A stretch of DNA of 64,000 bases from Octopus vulgaris. Taxonomy: Eukaryota. The DNA lies in NCBI GenBank assembly GCA_951406725.2, contig OX597827.1, forward strand, positions 83,328,001 through 83,392,000, given 5' to 3'. Made by a program: the position numbers and the translations under genes. Every line of letters starts with the position of its first letter. Position 1 is the stretch's first letter. This document shows positions 26,827 to 41,687 of this stretch, in pieces. Below the pieces are notes generated by a model. The model did not search any database. It was not told the origin of the DNA and worked only from the letters and a program-made list of their open reading frames with translations.

Positions 26827-27700
26827 GACATAAGAGGGATTAAATGTAGCATGTAGGAGAGGAGAATGCATTCGTTTGGATATGTGATGCGTATGTGTGA
26901 AGACATTTGTATAAAGAAGTGTCTGTCACTAAAAGATGGAACCTGTGGAAGAGGGAGATGCAGGAAGAGATGGGATGAAGTGGTGAGGACTGATCTTAGG
27001 ATGTTGGGGATCATGGAGGCAATGACAATGGACTGAGCTGTTTGGCAATAGGAGGTTCTAGAGAAGATCCATGTAAGCAAAACTGAGGGTTAGAAGAGTT
27101 GTGTCCCACCTACATCTAACATCAAACTTTTCACACACCCTACCCCAAGAAACCAAGCTACATCTCTTCCTCACATTTTCTCTTCATAAACTATGAACAA
27201 TGTCTCCCAAACCCCTTTCCTACAATCTCCACTTCCTACTTGCACCTTCTTGGCAACACCTGGCTACATATATTACGACCTTCATACTTTTCTTTTCTTT
27301 ACTCTACCATCACATCTATGCTCTGATCCTTGTTACTTGTGAGTATACCCTGGCACTTGTGAATACACGCCCTTGCTCTCTCTTAGACTTTTCCTGTTTC
27401 CTACTCTCTCTCTCTCTCTTTACCTCGCTCTTCCCTCTGGCTGGGTAGCCACATATCTCCTCTACAGCAGCACAACCTATTTCTGCCCTCATTTTTGGTT
27501 GCTCTCTCTCTCTCTCTCACTGGGTAACCATGTACCTGCTCTGTAGCCAGACACCTATTTCTACCTCCCTATTTCTCTGTCACACTCTAACAATTCATTG
27601 TCTGACACTGGATCACCTCCTCCAATGACCCCTCCTTTATAGCAAGACACCTGTTTCTACCCCTCTCTCTCTTAGTCACCCTCTAGTTATTTGTGTGTAA
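26827..27700 (+). mobile_element. Older RTE 3' end (ORF C-terminus plus pyrimidine-rich UTR)
   Basis: LDIRGIKCSM..GTCGRGRCRKRWDEVVRTDLRMLG. Confidence 0.7.
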
Positions 27701-27967
27701 AGCCTAATTGTGTTTATCTGCACAACTACCTCCATATCAGCTTTCCTTGGATTTCTCTTACAGCTACTATTGGTGCTGTGGACCTTGCCCTGAATGAAGA
27801 ATTTGGGACTCAAGTTCAAATTCATTTGAACACCACTACATGTTTTCTCTATGGAACATATCTAGTTCTCACCTATTGTCTGTATCATCCTCATCATCAT
27901 CATTTAACATCCATTTTCCATGCTGTTGAACAGCTTGACAGAACTAAGCTCCACTGCTTGTTTTGTG

Positions 27968-28024
<57 letters not shown>

Positions 28025-28087
28025 CATCAGTAAATCATAAATCCGAAAGAGGAGCAGATTCTAAGTTATAGAGCAGCAGAGTATTTA

Positions 28088-28367
28088 GATAAAGATAGTG
28101 GTGGCCAGTTCATAGGGTTACCCAGGGTTTCGCATCCGTAAAGTGCTTGGCTTTACTTGTCTCATCAGACCCTAATGGTTCGTGGCCTATAATCTCTCTT
28201 TGAAGTGGATGGAGAAAAGGCCTTGTGGTTAGTTTTTGTTCCCCTCCACTTCAAAGAGAGGTTATAGGCCACCAGCCATTAGGGTCTAACAAGACATATG
28301 TAAAGCCAAACACTTTATGGATGTCAAATTCTGGGTAAGCCTATAAACTGGAAATAACTATCTTTAT

Positions 28368-28368
<1 letters not shown>
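28088..28368. repeat. ~280-bp foldback element with a hammerhead motif in each arm
   Basis: gataaagatagt..ccagttcatagggttacccag..ctctctttgaagtgga is mirrored by tccacttcaaagagag..ctgggtaagcctataaactgg..actatctttatc. Confidence 0.9.
28114..28173 (-). ncRNA. Type-I hammerhead ribozyme, canonical core
   Basis: Reverse complement: AGGGT-CTGATGA-GACAAGTAAAG..CTTTACGGATGC-GAAA-CCCTGGG-TA-ACCCT. Perfect stem I, GUA site. Confidence 0.8.
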
Positions 28369-28406
<38 letters not shown>

Positions 28407-29565
28407 AGTGTGTGTGTGTGTAGAACCAGTTCTATAAATATGGAGTTGCTGTCTGGATTGATTGCAGCTTTCAACTGTCCAATGATTGCTACTGATTAAG
28501 GTTTCAGCAACAGATTTACTAAAATGTATATTTTTCATAACTTATCAGATTAAAACCCTCCCCCACCCCCTCTTTTTCTCTCTTTATGCTTAAGAAACTT
28601 GAGCATAAAAAAGAGGGTTCTTGATTATATTAGAAAATACAAAAATGAGCAGACTACATACAGAATCCATTACAGTGGAAACAGAAATATTATAAGTTCA
28701 ATATGTCCACACCATTGGAAATATTGAGTTATTTTCAAATGAAATAAATTGGTCATATCTTCCTCTTCATCTTGCAACATAGTCTCTGACACAATAAGCA
28801 GTAAATTATAGAGAAGCAGAAATAATCTTGTTATAAAATGGAAAAAAAAAAAAAATTCAAAAGAACTTCAAAGAGAAATATTTCCAGAAAATACATATTA
28901 AAAGTGATTGGCTCTAAACTGGTCCTATCTAAAACATTTACAACAGCTACATCTTATAGCTATGTCCTTTCAAAATGAAGAATAGCTTTTCATTAAACAA
29001 AAGTTTTTAATTACAATGACACTCAATCATTTTAACTGCTTTGAGTATTTCTATCCATTTCTACCTGGTTTTTAAGCTTCAACAGTTTTCACAACCACAT
29101 AAAATACGTGTTTCTAGAAGAGTCTTTTTGGTTTAGTTGTATAATCCACAGAATAAAGTGAAAGAGAAAGTTAAATAAGGAGAGAAGCCAAAAAAACAAA
29201 GACATTGGAACTATAGAGAATTAATTAAACAACTGAAACAAGTTGAAATTGAGTAAAGAAACTCTATAAGAAAATTGCAGTAATTCCATTGAATGTTTGG
29301 TGCTAAAATGTTCATAAAACAAAAATTATTATTTAAAAAATGATATAAGTTAGCCTCATATTGAATTATTGAAAACGTTTACTGATAAATTTGAACTGAT
29401 CGAAATTAAGTACCTGGCATGTTCCAAAACACACACTTCTAAAAATAGTGCTGACAACAGGTGTCTGTGTGTGTACGGAACACGTGTATGCCTGTTTTTA
29501 TGTATTTGTGTCTGTGTGTGATAAAGTTTATCTCCCCACCTCCTCTCTTTTTCTTTCTCTCCCTG

Positions 29566-29820
<255 letters not shown>

Positions 29821-30372
29821 TTGAACCCCCCTCTTCAATACGCTATTTCACCATTTCACCATGCATTACCCCTCTCTCGATATCCTACGTTCTACTTGCC
29901 TAGAACCTGTCCTCTGAACCACCCCTCCCACTGGTGCTCCCCTATATTTCTGCACCCCCCCACCACCATTATAGGTGTCTACTCTTTGTACCCCCCTCTT
30001 CAATACGCTATTTCACCATGCATTACCCCTCTCTCGATATCCTACGTTCTACTTGCCTATTACCTGTCCTCTGAACCACCCCTCCCACTGGTGCTCCCCT
30101 ATATTTCTGCACCCCCCCCCCATAAAAAAAAAAGCACCATCCGAACGTGGCCGATGCCAGACCCCTCTGGCACCTGTGCAGGTGGCACGTAAAAAACACC
30201 CACTACACTCGCGGAGTGGTTGGCGTTAGGAAGGGCATCCAGCTGTAGAAACACTGCCAGACTAGACTGGAGCCTGGGGCAGTCCCGAGCTCTCCAGACC
30301 CCGGTCGAAACCGTCCAACCCGTGCTAGCGCGGAAAACGGACGTTAAACGATGATGATGATGATGATGATGA
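29821..30372 (+). mobile_element. RTE-type 3' UTR fragment with tandem duplication (~165-bp period) and (GAT)n tail
   Basis: ccccctcttcaatacgctatttcacc..ctgcaccccccc at ~29826 and ~29990, then the ggaagggcatccagctgtagaaac tail. Confidence 0.8.
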
Positions 30373-30378
30373 TGTATG

Positions 30379-30421
<43 letters not shown>

Positions 30422-30422
30422 G

Positions 30423-30455
<33 letters not shown>

Positions 30456-30491
30456 GTATATATACATATATATGTATGTATGTGTATATAT

Positions 30492-31528
30492 ATGCCCTCA
30501 GCCACGCAGAGAGCCACGATCACAAGTTATGCAGATGATACAAAAGTTTCACAGGCAATACAGAACCCTGAGGACACTAAACACCTGCAATGTGAGCTGG
30601 ACGAAATATACAAGTGGGCTGAAAAGAATAGCATGCAGTTCAATGCTGAAAAGTTTCAAGCTTTATACTATCAGCATGCAAAACTGAATGCAATACCCAA
30701 TGAATACACTGGACCCGGAGGGATTGCAATCCCAGAGGCACAATCAGTGCGTGACCTGGGTATTCACATGAGTGATGACGCGACCTTTCATGTACATGTT
30801 GCTAAACTGACAATGAAATGTAGACGGCTGGCTGGATGGATTCTTAGAACCTTTAGAACAAGAGAACAAGAAACCATGATGGTCCTCTGGAAGACACTTG
30901 TCCTAAGCCACTTTGACTATTGCTCTCAGCTATGGTCACCATCCAGTGTCAAGTTGATCACAGAACTTGAGGCGATCCAACGAAGCTACACAAAGAAGAT
31001 AGCCTCTATGCAGAATGTAAGCTACTGGGAAAGACTCAAGAGATTAAAATTATATTCCCTGGAGCGTAGGCGGGAAAGATATGCCATAATATACATCTGG
31101 AAGATCCTGGAGGGAAGTGTCCTGAACTTTGGCATCGAGAGTTACGCAAATGCCAGAACTGGGCGCCACTGCGTGGTGCCTAGGACTCCAAACCTGCCAT
31201 CAAGATGTAGGACAAGATTCTGTGATAGCCTGGGCTTCCGAGGCCCACAGCTCTTCAATATCCTCCCGAAGAACCTGAGAGACCTGCATGGGGTGGATAC
31301 AGATGTCTTTAAAATGAAGCTGGATCTCTTCCTGTCAGGTGTCCCAGATGAACCAACTTCACGGCAGGAGGGGCAGATGAGGGCAGCTGCATCGAACTCT
31401 CTCATGCACCAAATAGCAGTTGCTAGAAAGCCTCCATGAAGTGAAACCAAGTAGCAACACCAAATGGCGGTGCCCCAGCATGGCCACAGCTCATAAGCTG
31501 AAACTAGAATCAATCAATCAATCAATCA
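30492..31528 (+). mobile_element. CR1-type LINE, 5'-truncated (RT C-terminus, open frame to 31439), (AATC)n tail
   Basis: SYADDTKV, MQFNAEKF, VRDLGI, FDYCSQLWSP, SLERRRERY. 3' stem-loop followed by aatc repeats. Confidence 0.93.
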
Positions 31529-31590
31529 TATATATATATGTATGTATGTGTATATATACATATATATGTATGTATGTGTATATATACATA

Positions 31591-31645
<55 letters not shown>

Positions 31646-31846
31646 GTGTATATATATATATATGTATGTATGTGTATATATATATATATGTATGTATGTG
31701 TATATATATATGTATGTATGTGTATATATATATATGTATGTATGTGTATATATATATATATATATGTATGTATGTGTATATATATATATGTATGTATGTG
31801 TATATATATATATGTATGTATGTGTATATATATATATATATATATG

Positions 31847-31891
<45 letters not shown>

Positions 31892-32959
31892 GTATATATA
31901 TATATGTATGTATGTGTATATATATATATATATGTATGTATGTGTATATATATATATATGTGTGTATGTATATATATGTATGTATGTGTATATATATATA
32001 TATATATGTATGTGTATATATATATATGTATGTATGTGTATATATATATATATGTATGTATGTGTATATATATATATGTATGTATGTGTATATATATATA
32101 TGTATGTATGTGTATATATATATATGTATGTATGTGTATATATATATATGTATGTATGTGTATATATATATATATATGTATGTCATCATCATCATCATCA
32201 TCATCATTTAGCGTCCGTTCTCCATGCTAGCATGGGTTGGACGGTTCAACTGGGGTCTGTGAAGCTGGAAGGCTTCATCAGGCTCAGTCAGATCTGGCAG
32301 TGTTTCTACGGCTGGATGCCCTTCCTAACGCCACATGTGTATATATATATATATATGTATGTATGTGTGTATATATATATATATATGTATGTATGTGTAT
32401 ATATATATATGTATGTATGTGTATATATATATATATATGTATGTATGTGTATATATATATATATATGTATGTATGTGTATATATATATATATATGTATGT
32501 ATGTGTATATATATATGTATGTATGTGTATATATATGTATGTATGTGTATATATATGTATGTATGTGTATATATATGTATGTATGTGTATATATGTATGT
32601 ATGTGTATATATATGTATGTATGTGTATATATACATATATATGTATGTATGTGTATATATACATATATATGTATGTATGTGTGTATATATACATATATAT
32701 GTATGTATGTGTGTATATATATATATGTATGTATGTGTATATATATGTATGTATGTGTAAATATATATGTATGTATGTGTATATATATATGTATGTATGT
32801 GTATATATATATATATGTATGTATGTGTATATATACATATATATGTATATATGTATATATATACATATATATGTATGTATGTGTATATATATATATATAT
32901 ATATGTATGTGTATATATATATACGTATGTATGTGTATATATATATATATATGTATGTG

Positions 32960-32990
<31 letters not shown>

Positions 32991-33039
32991 GTGTATATAT
33001 ATATATATGTATGTATGTGTATATATATATATATGTATG

Positions 33040-33084
<45 letters not shown>

Positions 33085-33094
33085 GTGTATATAT
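31529..33094. repeat. Compound microsatellite/minisatellite [GTATGTATGT(GT)(AT)n]
   Basis: Dozens of gtatgtatgtgtatatata units, interrupted at 32183-32333. Confidence 0.97.
32183..32333 (-). mobile_element. RTE 3' tail fragment inserted in the microsatellite
   Basis: Nearly identical to 26337-26485, including the (CAT)n end. Confidence 0.88.
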
Positions 33095-35968
33095 ATGGCA
33101 CTCACAGAAACGCATCTTGAACCCGATATAGGTGATGCAGAAATACACATGCCGCAATATGCAGTCATACGCACAGATAGAAAAGGGAGGAGCCATGGTG
33201 GAGTTGCAATGTACATCCGAGATGACCTCACGCCCCAGGTCCTGCTGTCATATTCAAACTCAGTATGTGAAACTCAAATTGTACACATAAGACAACTGAA
33301 TATCGTCATATGCACTACATATCGCCCACCAGATGCCCCAAAACACTCAGGCATGTTTGAAGACTGCCTAACAAAAATAGGAGAAGTCCTCACCAACCTT
33401 GAACAGCACAACAGTGTATTCTTCAAGGGTGACTTTAACCTCCCCAATGTAGAATGGCCTGGGGGGCAGATGCTCCCAGGGATGACACACCATCAGCAGG
33501 CACAGGTGGAGTCCCTGCTCCATCTCACAAATGCCTCTTTCATGGAGCAAATAGTTCTGCAACCAACAAGGGCAGATAATATACTGGATCTCTGCTTCAC
33601 AAACAATATGGATATTATCCATAATGTTAATGTGATGCCGACAATGATCTCGGATCACAACATAATAGAGCTGTCTATGTATGGAACAAAAGCCCCCGCA
33701 GACACACAGCCTATACGAAGCACCCACCATCTCTCCAACTTAAACTTTCATAAAGCCAACTGGAAGTCGATTGAGAAAGAGATCCTCAAACAGGATTGGC
33801 CTGAATGTCTCTCCACACCGGACATAAACATGAAACACAAACACTTCATGTCCATAATACAAGCCATATATGACAAATATGTCCCAATGTGCAGGGCCAG
33901 CACACACAAGAACAAAAACAGGATCCCTAGAGAAAGGAGGATTCTTATGAGACGACGGACAAGGATTGCAAACCGCCTGAGCAAGCACACCAAAAGTGGT
34001 GAGAAGTCTCGGCTCGAAAGAATGCTAATGGAAACTGAGAAAAGTCTACATCAGTCCCATGAAAAGGAGAGAGCAGATAAAGAAGCTTGGGTAATAGAAA
34101 ATATAAAATCAAACCCTAAAGCTTTCTTTAAGTTTGCCAAAGAGACAGCCACAGTGCACCAGAGAATAGGACCTCTCTTCCAAAAAGATGGCTCTCTCAC
34201 AGGAAATCCCACGAGGATAAGTGAAATACTGAACGAACAGTTCCAAAGTGTGTTCACTACACCTCTAGGACACAGGCAAGTAAACAACCCAGAAGAATTC
34301 TTTGCCACTTTACCAGCGGCCAAAGAGACAAAAATTGAGTACATCAACATCGAAGAAGATGATATCACACTAGCCATTGATGAGATTGTCACAAACTCAG
34401 CTGCTGGACCTGATGGATTCCCAGCGATCCTTCTCAAATCGTGCAAACGAGCCCTTGCAAAACCGCTACAGCTTCTTTTTCAGAGCTTTCTTGCAAGTGG
34501 TAAGCTCCCAGTCAAACTGAAAGAGGGGGTAATATGCCCTATCCATAAGGGAGGTAGCAGAGCAGATGCTAAAAATTATAGGCCTATCTCTCTGACCTCA
34601 CACATCAGCAAAGTCATGGAATGAATAGTCCGTAAGAAACTAATCATTTTCCTTGAAGAAAATGACTTACTGTCTGACACCCAGCATGGATTTCGACCAG
34701 GTAGAGGCTGCCTAACACAGCTCCTGCAACACTATGACTGGGTGTTGAAACAGCTACTAAATGGCTCAAATGTGGATGTAATATATCTTGACTTTGCAAA
34801 AGCCTTTGATAAAGTCGACCATGGTATGATCTGTCACAAACTGCGTGGTCTCGGCATAGGCGGGAAACTTGGAGAGTGGCTGCACAACTTCCTAAAAGAC
34901 AGAAAACAGGCAGTTGTGAGCAATGGAGCCACCTCCAGGGAAATGCAAATAACAAGCGGTGTCCCACAGGGCACTGTCTTGGGGCCACTGATGTTCATAG
35001 TGGCCCTTTCAGACATGCCTTCAGTTGCTACGATGACCACCCTTGCTAGCTATGCAGATGACACAAAAGTCTCCCACGCAATACAAAACCCTGAAAATAT
35101 TGCGCATCTGCAACATGAGCTGGACACAATATACAGTTGGGCTGAGGACAACAACATGCAGTTTAATGCAGGTAAGTTCCAGGCCCTGCGCTACTGGCAC
35201 ACAAAGGTAAATGACGTGAAGACTGGATACACTGGCCCAGGAAGAATTGCAATCCCTGAGTCAAAATCAGTGCGTGACCTGGGCATTGACATGAGCAATG
35301 ATGCATCTTTCCAAATGCATATTGCTAATCTGGTGATAAAATGCAGACGGCTAGCTGGATGGATTCTCCGAACTTTCAGAACAAGAGAGAAGGAGACACT
35401 GATGGTCCTATGGAAAACATTTGTCCTCAGCCGCTTGGACTACTGCTCCCAACTTTGGTCACCACACAATATAAAACAAACAGCAGAACTCGAAGCAACT
35501 CAGAGAAGCTACACAAAGAAAATCGTCTCAATGCAAAATGTCAGCTACTGGGAAAGACTGAAGGTATTAAACCTCTTCTCCCTGGAGCGGAGGCGGGAGA
35601 GATATGCAGTGATATACATCTGGAAAATCCTGGAGGGTCTTGTCCCAAACTTTGGCATTCAAAGTTACTCCAACCGCAGAACGGGGCGCCGCTGCGTGGT
35701 GCCAAGGATTCCAACATCACCATCAAAATACAGGTCCAGATACTGCAACAGCTTGGGTTTCAGAGGACCACAGCTCTTTAACATCCTCCCTAAATGCCTG
35801 AGAGACTTACATGGTGTGGATGTGGGTTTCTTTAAAACTAAACTGGATCTCTTCTTGTTGGGAGTCCCAGATGAACCTACCTCACGACAGGAGACACGGA
35901 TGCGGGCAGCAGCATCGAACTCCCTTGTTGATCAAGTGCCACGTATCAGAGGGGGATTCACAAACTAG
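33095..35968 (+). pseudogene. CR1 ORF2 (APE endonuclease-reverse transcriptase) with one premature TGA at 34622-34624
   Basis: ORF-track pieces 32237-34624 and 34742-35968 are in the same frame. KVME*IVRKK is consistent with CGA>TGA. Confidence 0.9.
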
Positions 35969-36039
35969 TGTAGCTCATTCAGCGGTGGTGCCCCAGCATG
36001 GCCGCGGCCTTCGGGCTAAAACATTTTTAAGGATTTAAG
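33095..36039 (+). mobile_element. CR1-type LINE, 5'-truncated within the endonuclease, otherwise near intact
   Basis: EN motifs ALTETHL, YRPP, GDFNLP, LDLCF, SDHN. RT motifs [39 protein letters not shown]. 3' stem-loop at 35982-36021. Confidence 0.95.
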
Positions 36040-36925
<886 letters not shown>

Positions 36926-39268
36926 ATTTATACTACTTTTCTATATTCATCTTTAATACCTTTCTACAGAACTATCAATATATCTTTCCTTTTTACTCCA
37001 TACAAAAGCCCTCAAAGAGAACCAAAATTGTTAAATAGAAACTAGAATGTTAGATTGCAAACCTCCAAACACATCACTTCAGCTTCTTTAAATCATAATA
37101 TGAGAAACTTTTGTTACATCAGCCACAGAAATTCAATAAGTAGCTATCAGCCTCCTACATGATGTCAACTATTTCTATCTGTCCTGAAAATAATAAATGA
37201 CTTTGCCATACCTTTCTTCTCTTTCAATCACCCAAGACAATAAATATTCCCAGTTTAGAAATGACCAGAATATTTTGACAGATGGACTAAAATGTTTATA
37301 TACTAATTGGATAAAAATTAATTTTTAATGGTTGTCATTACAAATTATACAATCTCATCCTTTTAAATCTACTTGATAACTAATCCATATTCTTAACATC
37401 AGATTTACTTCAGTTAACTCGTTCCATTGTATCAGGCCTATTCCTGTAACATTTCCTTACTTCACATATTAGCTTGGTCTTTGTGCAGGTACTGTTTTAG
37501 AAATTTAATCTTATTCCATGCAAACTTTGTAAGTTAAAAAAAGAAACAGAAAAAAAACAAACATTTTCATCAATTGTAAAACTACTTCAGAAAATAACAG
37601 GAGACAATTTTTGGTCTACCCAATGTTTCTAATTTCTTATTCTTATCATGCTGTACCTACTTTCAAGGGTCTGCTACATACTGTATACATCTTCATGACC
37701 ATTTTAGCAACCAGTTTTAAATCAGGGGAACATCTTGACAAAGCCTGTGGAATATATCTAAAAATTACACCTTCAACAAAGTTGTTTGGCCTAAGAGAAA
37801 TAGTAACCAAATATCTCTCAAATCACACCATCTTAGATAAAGAGACATTAAATAATGTAGTTCTGTGTACACTGTGCCCTGAAACAGAATGGGATGGTCA
37901 TGGTTGGAACACCCTCCATCATAGGTTTGCTCTTCTAATTATATCACCTTTTAGTGACCAAATATTTTAGGAGAAAACATTGAAAACTGACACCAATATT
38001 TAGCAATTTACCAGTGATATATTTTTGATAAAGCTTATGATCTTGATCCTTGGTTCAGTTACCTCCTTTGGTCTTAAATAATCTTTCTCTCCTATTTTTC
38101 TACACTAGCTTCATTTCGAATATCAATCTTTTAATGGAGTTTTCCAGGAGGCAATATTAAATTTATTTTCTTATCTAAATCCATTATAATTCTAATAATG
38201 TTTACGGATTAACACCATTCCACTTTGAAGCCTGAATAGTAGCTGGGATTTCCCTTTGACTCAACAATGGTTTTTGTTTCTGCCTATTTTGTTGTATTTC
38301 CATCACACATTTGCCTTCAATGTAAAGAAAACAAAATATTTAATAAATAGCTAGACATCAGAAACCTCATTAGCACCATCAAGTCATGAATAGTGCAATT
38401 AAGCCTAAATAATAGATTTAATTAAACTGAAACAATCCAAAACAGCTTTTTCCTGAGATGAGAAAATTAATAAAACATTGAATAAGATAGTGTTGAATGT
38501 GTTTTATCTACTTAAAAGAAATATTTAAAAAGAAATCATCTGTAGCACTTGCAAGTGTTTATGTTATGAATACTTACTGCTTCCTGAAGATTATAAATTG
38601 TTCACAACATTTCTTCCTTCAATGTTCACTCTGGTGTATATTCTTGAAAAGAAATAAAAACAAAGTGGAGTTATTTTAAAGAAATAATAGCAGTCTATTA
38701 TAAAAGACAGAAGTTTTATAATACACTGTAGGATAATAATTTGTTAGTTTTTACAGATAAAATCATTTCCAGAAGTAAATATTTCATTGAAAATTTGTAG
38801 AGAAAACACTAACAAGTAACAGAGTGTAATTCATTTCCAATTAGGTAGGCTTATTAAATTTAAATTAATTTATAGGAAATGGATATGAAACTACCTATGG
38901 AACTGTAATTGGTTTAAAGTAGACAATACTGAAAAAGTTTCAGAGAAATGAAAGAAGGATTAGACTTGAGACAATTCAAAGTTAAACATCACTTAACAGA
39001 CCAGTGTTTATTACTTGATATAAGTATCACTAATTGATAATAAATAGCAGAATAACAATTATGTGATAAAGCTAAACTGATAATGTCAATGAGCAGTTTC
39101 AGTTCTATGTTAATAAAGATCAAAACCCGTGACTCACATAAAACACGGAACAGTTGCAAATGAAAACAGTGAGGAGAAGAAGACATATTTGTGTGTGAGG
39201 TTATGGTGACCTCTATATAATAGTGCACAGGAATAGGTGTAAGCAAACCAATGTGATTGTAGTGTAAG

Positions 39269-39300
<32 letters not shown>

Positions 39301-40169
39301 GTACGTATGTGACTCAAATAAACTCAGGTAAATGACAATTGAGAAAAAGAAAATATTGAATATATCAAGATTTCAGCTGGCTATAAAATGTAACATGAAT
39401 CTCAAGTGACAAAACAAGTAGTAGTAGCGTCATGTTTATATTCAACTAATCCACAAAATATAAGAATGTAAAGAGCTGTAAAAATAGGTGACAAAAGATA
39501 AAATAAAACAAAGATTTCATCAGAAAAACTAAGAAAAACTGTGAAGATTTTTATGCTGGTTTCATGTCAATATACAAGAAAGGATTTTTCTATTGATTAT
39601 CACTTTAGACACTTGCCATTTCATATTTCTGTATTCAGCATACACAAATACAGACATATATATATATAAATATATGTAGATATATATACATATATATATA
39701 GCCAATACACACACATTTATAATTACATACACATTTCAAATTCAATATGTATAATTATACATATGTTTCTAGATTCAATGTACATATGTGCACTCGTATT
39801 TCATAGTCAGTATATACAAATTTCATAGTCAGTATACACAATTACAAACTAGGAGCATTTACACATGCATAGTATGAGAAATCAGGGTCAAAGTTGATAA
39901 AGGGGTCACATAACAGTAAAGGGTAAAAAAAGAAAAAAGGTAAGACAAAATGTAAGACTGCTTTTAGATTCAAAAATTGGGGATGGGTACCACATTATAT
40001 TTGAGATTGCATTATCCTGGAGTAAATATGTTATTTCAAATATATTTATGCCTTATTCATAGATGTAATTATAAATTCAAAAGATATATATAAGAAGTTT
40101 ATGTAAACACAAAGGTATTAGAACACACACACACACACATCTGAATAGTATCTTTTAACGACGAAATTA

Positions 40170-40330
40170 TCAGGTGTGGCTGTGTGGTTAAGATGTGTAT
40201 TTCCCAAACACATAGTATCAAGTTCAATCCCACTACATGGTACCTGAGGCAAGTGTCATCTTTTACTACAGCCCCCAACCAAACAAAGCCTTGAGAGTGG
40301 ATCTGGTACCTTGACATTGAAAGATGCATA
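40170..40330 (+). mobile_element. CORE-type SINE 5' part
   Basis: gtggctgtgtggttaag..aagttcaatcccact..ggcaagtgtc. Confidence 0.7.
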
Positions 40331-40598
40331 TGGTATGTGTGTGCATGTGTGCGTGTGTGTATACACACACGCACACACATATATATATATATATATATAC
40401 ACACGCACATACATATACATATATATACACACGCACATACATATACATACATGTGTATATACATTATATAGATATACACACACACACATATATATATATA
40501 GATATACATATATATATCCATACATATATATACACATGTATACACATATATATACATACATTTATACACACATATACACATACATATATATATATTTT

Positions 40599-40650
<52 letters not shown>

Positions 40651-40667
40651 TATTCATACACATATCT

Positions 40668-41687
40668 AGGTCGTCCGTCAGGACACCCCAAGACTTTCCA
40701 CACATTTCCCCTTTCATCTTGATCTTCCATAATGGTCCTCAGCGCCTGTACTCCTTCCGTACCAGTATTCTCCAGCAAGTTGTCAATGCAGGTCGGCTTC
40801 CTCCTTCCTCTCCTGGTTCTTCCTTCTATTGGTTTCCAGAGCACTAGCTTGTTAGCAATTTCATCGGTGTGTCTGATGCAGTGTCCAGCTAACCTCATCC
40901 TTCTATGCTGCATCTTCAATGTTACTTTTGGTAGTCCCTGGAATGAGTCGGTGTTTGGTGTATGACTCTTCCAGGAGACATTAAAAGTGCCATTCTAAAC
41001 ATCCTCATATAACAGGTCATCAGCATAGTCTAGATCAGTTACTGTTACTGTTTGATGCTGTCTGCCTATGCAGTTTGAATCCCAGTTCTTCTTCTTTGCC
41101 CTAGTATGTTCTATGCATTACAAAGTCCAGAACAATGTTGAAGAGACAAGGTGCTAGTGTATCGCCTTGTAATACTCCAACTTTGACTTCAAATTATTCC
41201 GTCTCTTCATCGGGAGTGAGCACTTTCGCTCCGGTGTTCTCATACAGTTTATTTATTGCTCTCAGAATTCTTGGTGGAATATCATATGCTTTAAGTATCT
41301 TCATTATCTTCCTCTATGTACTGAATCAAAAGTCTTTTTTTAAAGTCAACATAGATAATGATAGCCTTCCTCTATCAAGTCTTCTAAGTGCGACAATGTG
41401 AGATGTTGACTGGCCTGATCTGAATCCATTTTGATTTGGTCACAATTGTTTGTCTATCTTAGGTTGTATTCGGTTAAGTATCATCTTGTTGACTATTTTT
41501 GCAACAATGGATGACAGACTGATCCCTCTGTAATTCCCAGTATCACTTAGGTCTCCAGTTTTGGGCAGCGGTAGCAAGTCTGCCTCAGACCATTGGTCTG
41601 GCTTGACATTGTCATTTAGTAGTTTGTTGTCATCTAAATTAGTAGGATGATGTCATCTAAATTACATCTTTTTAGTACTTCTGGTAG
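40668..41687 (-). mobile_element. Second RTE family, 3' segment (RT with internal deletions)
   Basis: [59 protein letters not shown]. Confidence 0.88.
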
